Shown: one piece after another, positions 63,785 through 64,000 of the stretch | Layout: every line of letters begins with the position of its first letter | Numbering within the stretch: position 1 is the stretch's first letter | Assembly: GCA_002633005.1 (NCBI GenBank) | Contig: NMRA01000444.1 | Coordinates: 223,456 to 287,455, forward strand | Reading direction: 5' to 3' | Length of the DNA: 64,000 nt | Source of the DNA: Phoronis australis | Taxonomy: Eukaryota > Animalia > Phoronida | Position numbers and translations under genes: made by a program | The notes under the pieces: generated by a model | Databases searched by the model: none | What the model saw: only the letters and a program-made list of their open reading frames with translations | Told to the model about the DNA's origin: nothing

Positions 63785-64000
63785 GTAAGTTCATCTGAAT
63801 TTTATTTTAAGGTAGCTATCAACCTTCATGGATTTTTTTGATTATGCAATTTTCACATATTGTAATTATTGAATTATATATCTTTATTTTTCATTAATGC
63901 TGATTACATTTTGTTAAACGCTTTATTTATGCACCAAATACGTGATGACTTGCAAATCTTTATCACCTATTTTCAGCAGATTTGAACTTCAGTTTCTCTT

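Overview
AT-rich, intron-rich animal genomic DNA; the repeat types suggest a lophotrochozoan/mollusc-like invertebrate (inference). Five conserved genes can be assembled by hand from splice sites and reading phase: LIMK1 (- strand, 14 coding exons, ~640 aa), RAB35 (-, 6 exons, 201 aa, one GC-AG intron), ABHD11 (+, 6 exons, ~303 aa, head-to-head with RAB35), BICDL1/BICDR (-, 11 exons, ~581 aa) and the first coding exon of citron kinase CIT (+, head-to-head with BICDL1). There is also a candidate two-exon orphan gene for a ~152-aa N-myristoylated protein (28225-29394, -). Mobile DNA includes a young Mutator-like element (272-bp TIRs, 9-bp TSD), a non-autonomous Helitron inserted into a minisatellite, a Helentron/DINE-1-like element carrying nine co-oriented CTCF-like motifs at ~150-bp spacing, and several MITE families. 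The gene set joins human 12q24 neighbours (CIT-BICDL1-RAB35) with Williams-Beuren 7q11.23 genes (LIMK1, ABHD11). No rRNA, tRNA or CRISPR was seen. All coordinates were read manually and no database searches were run.
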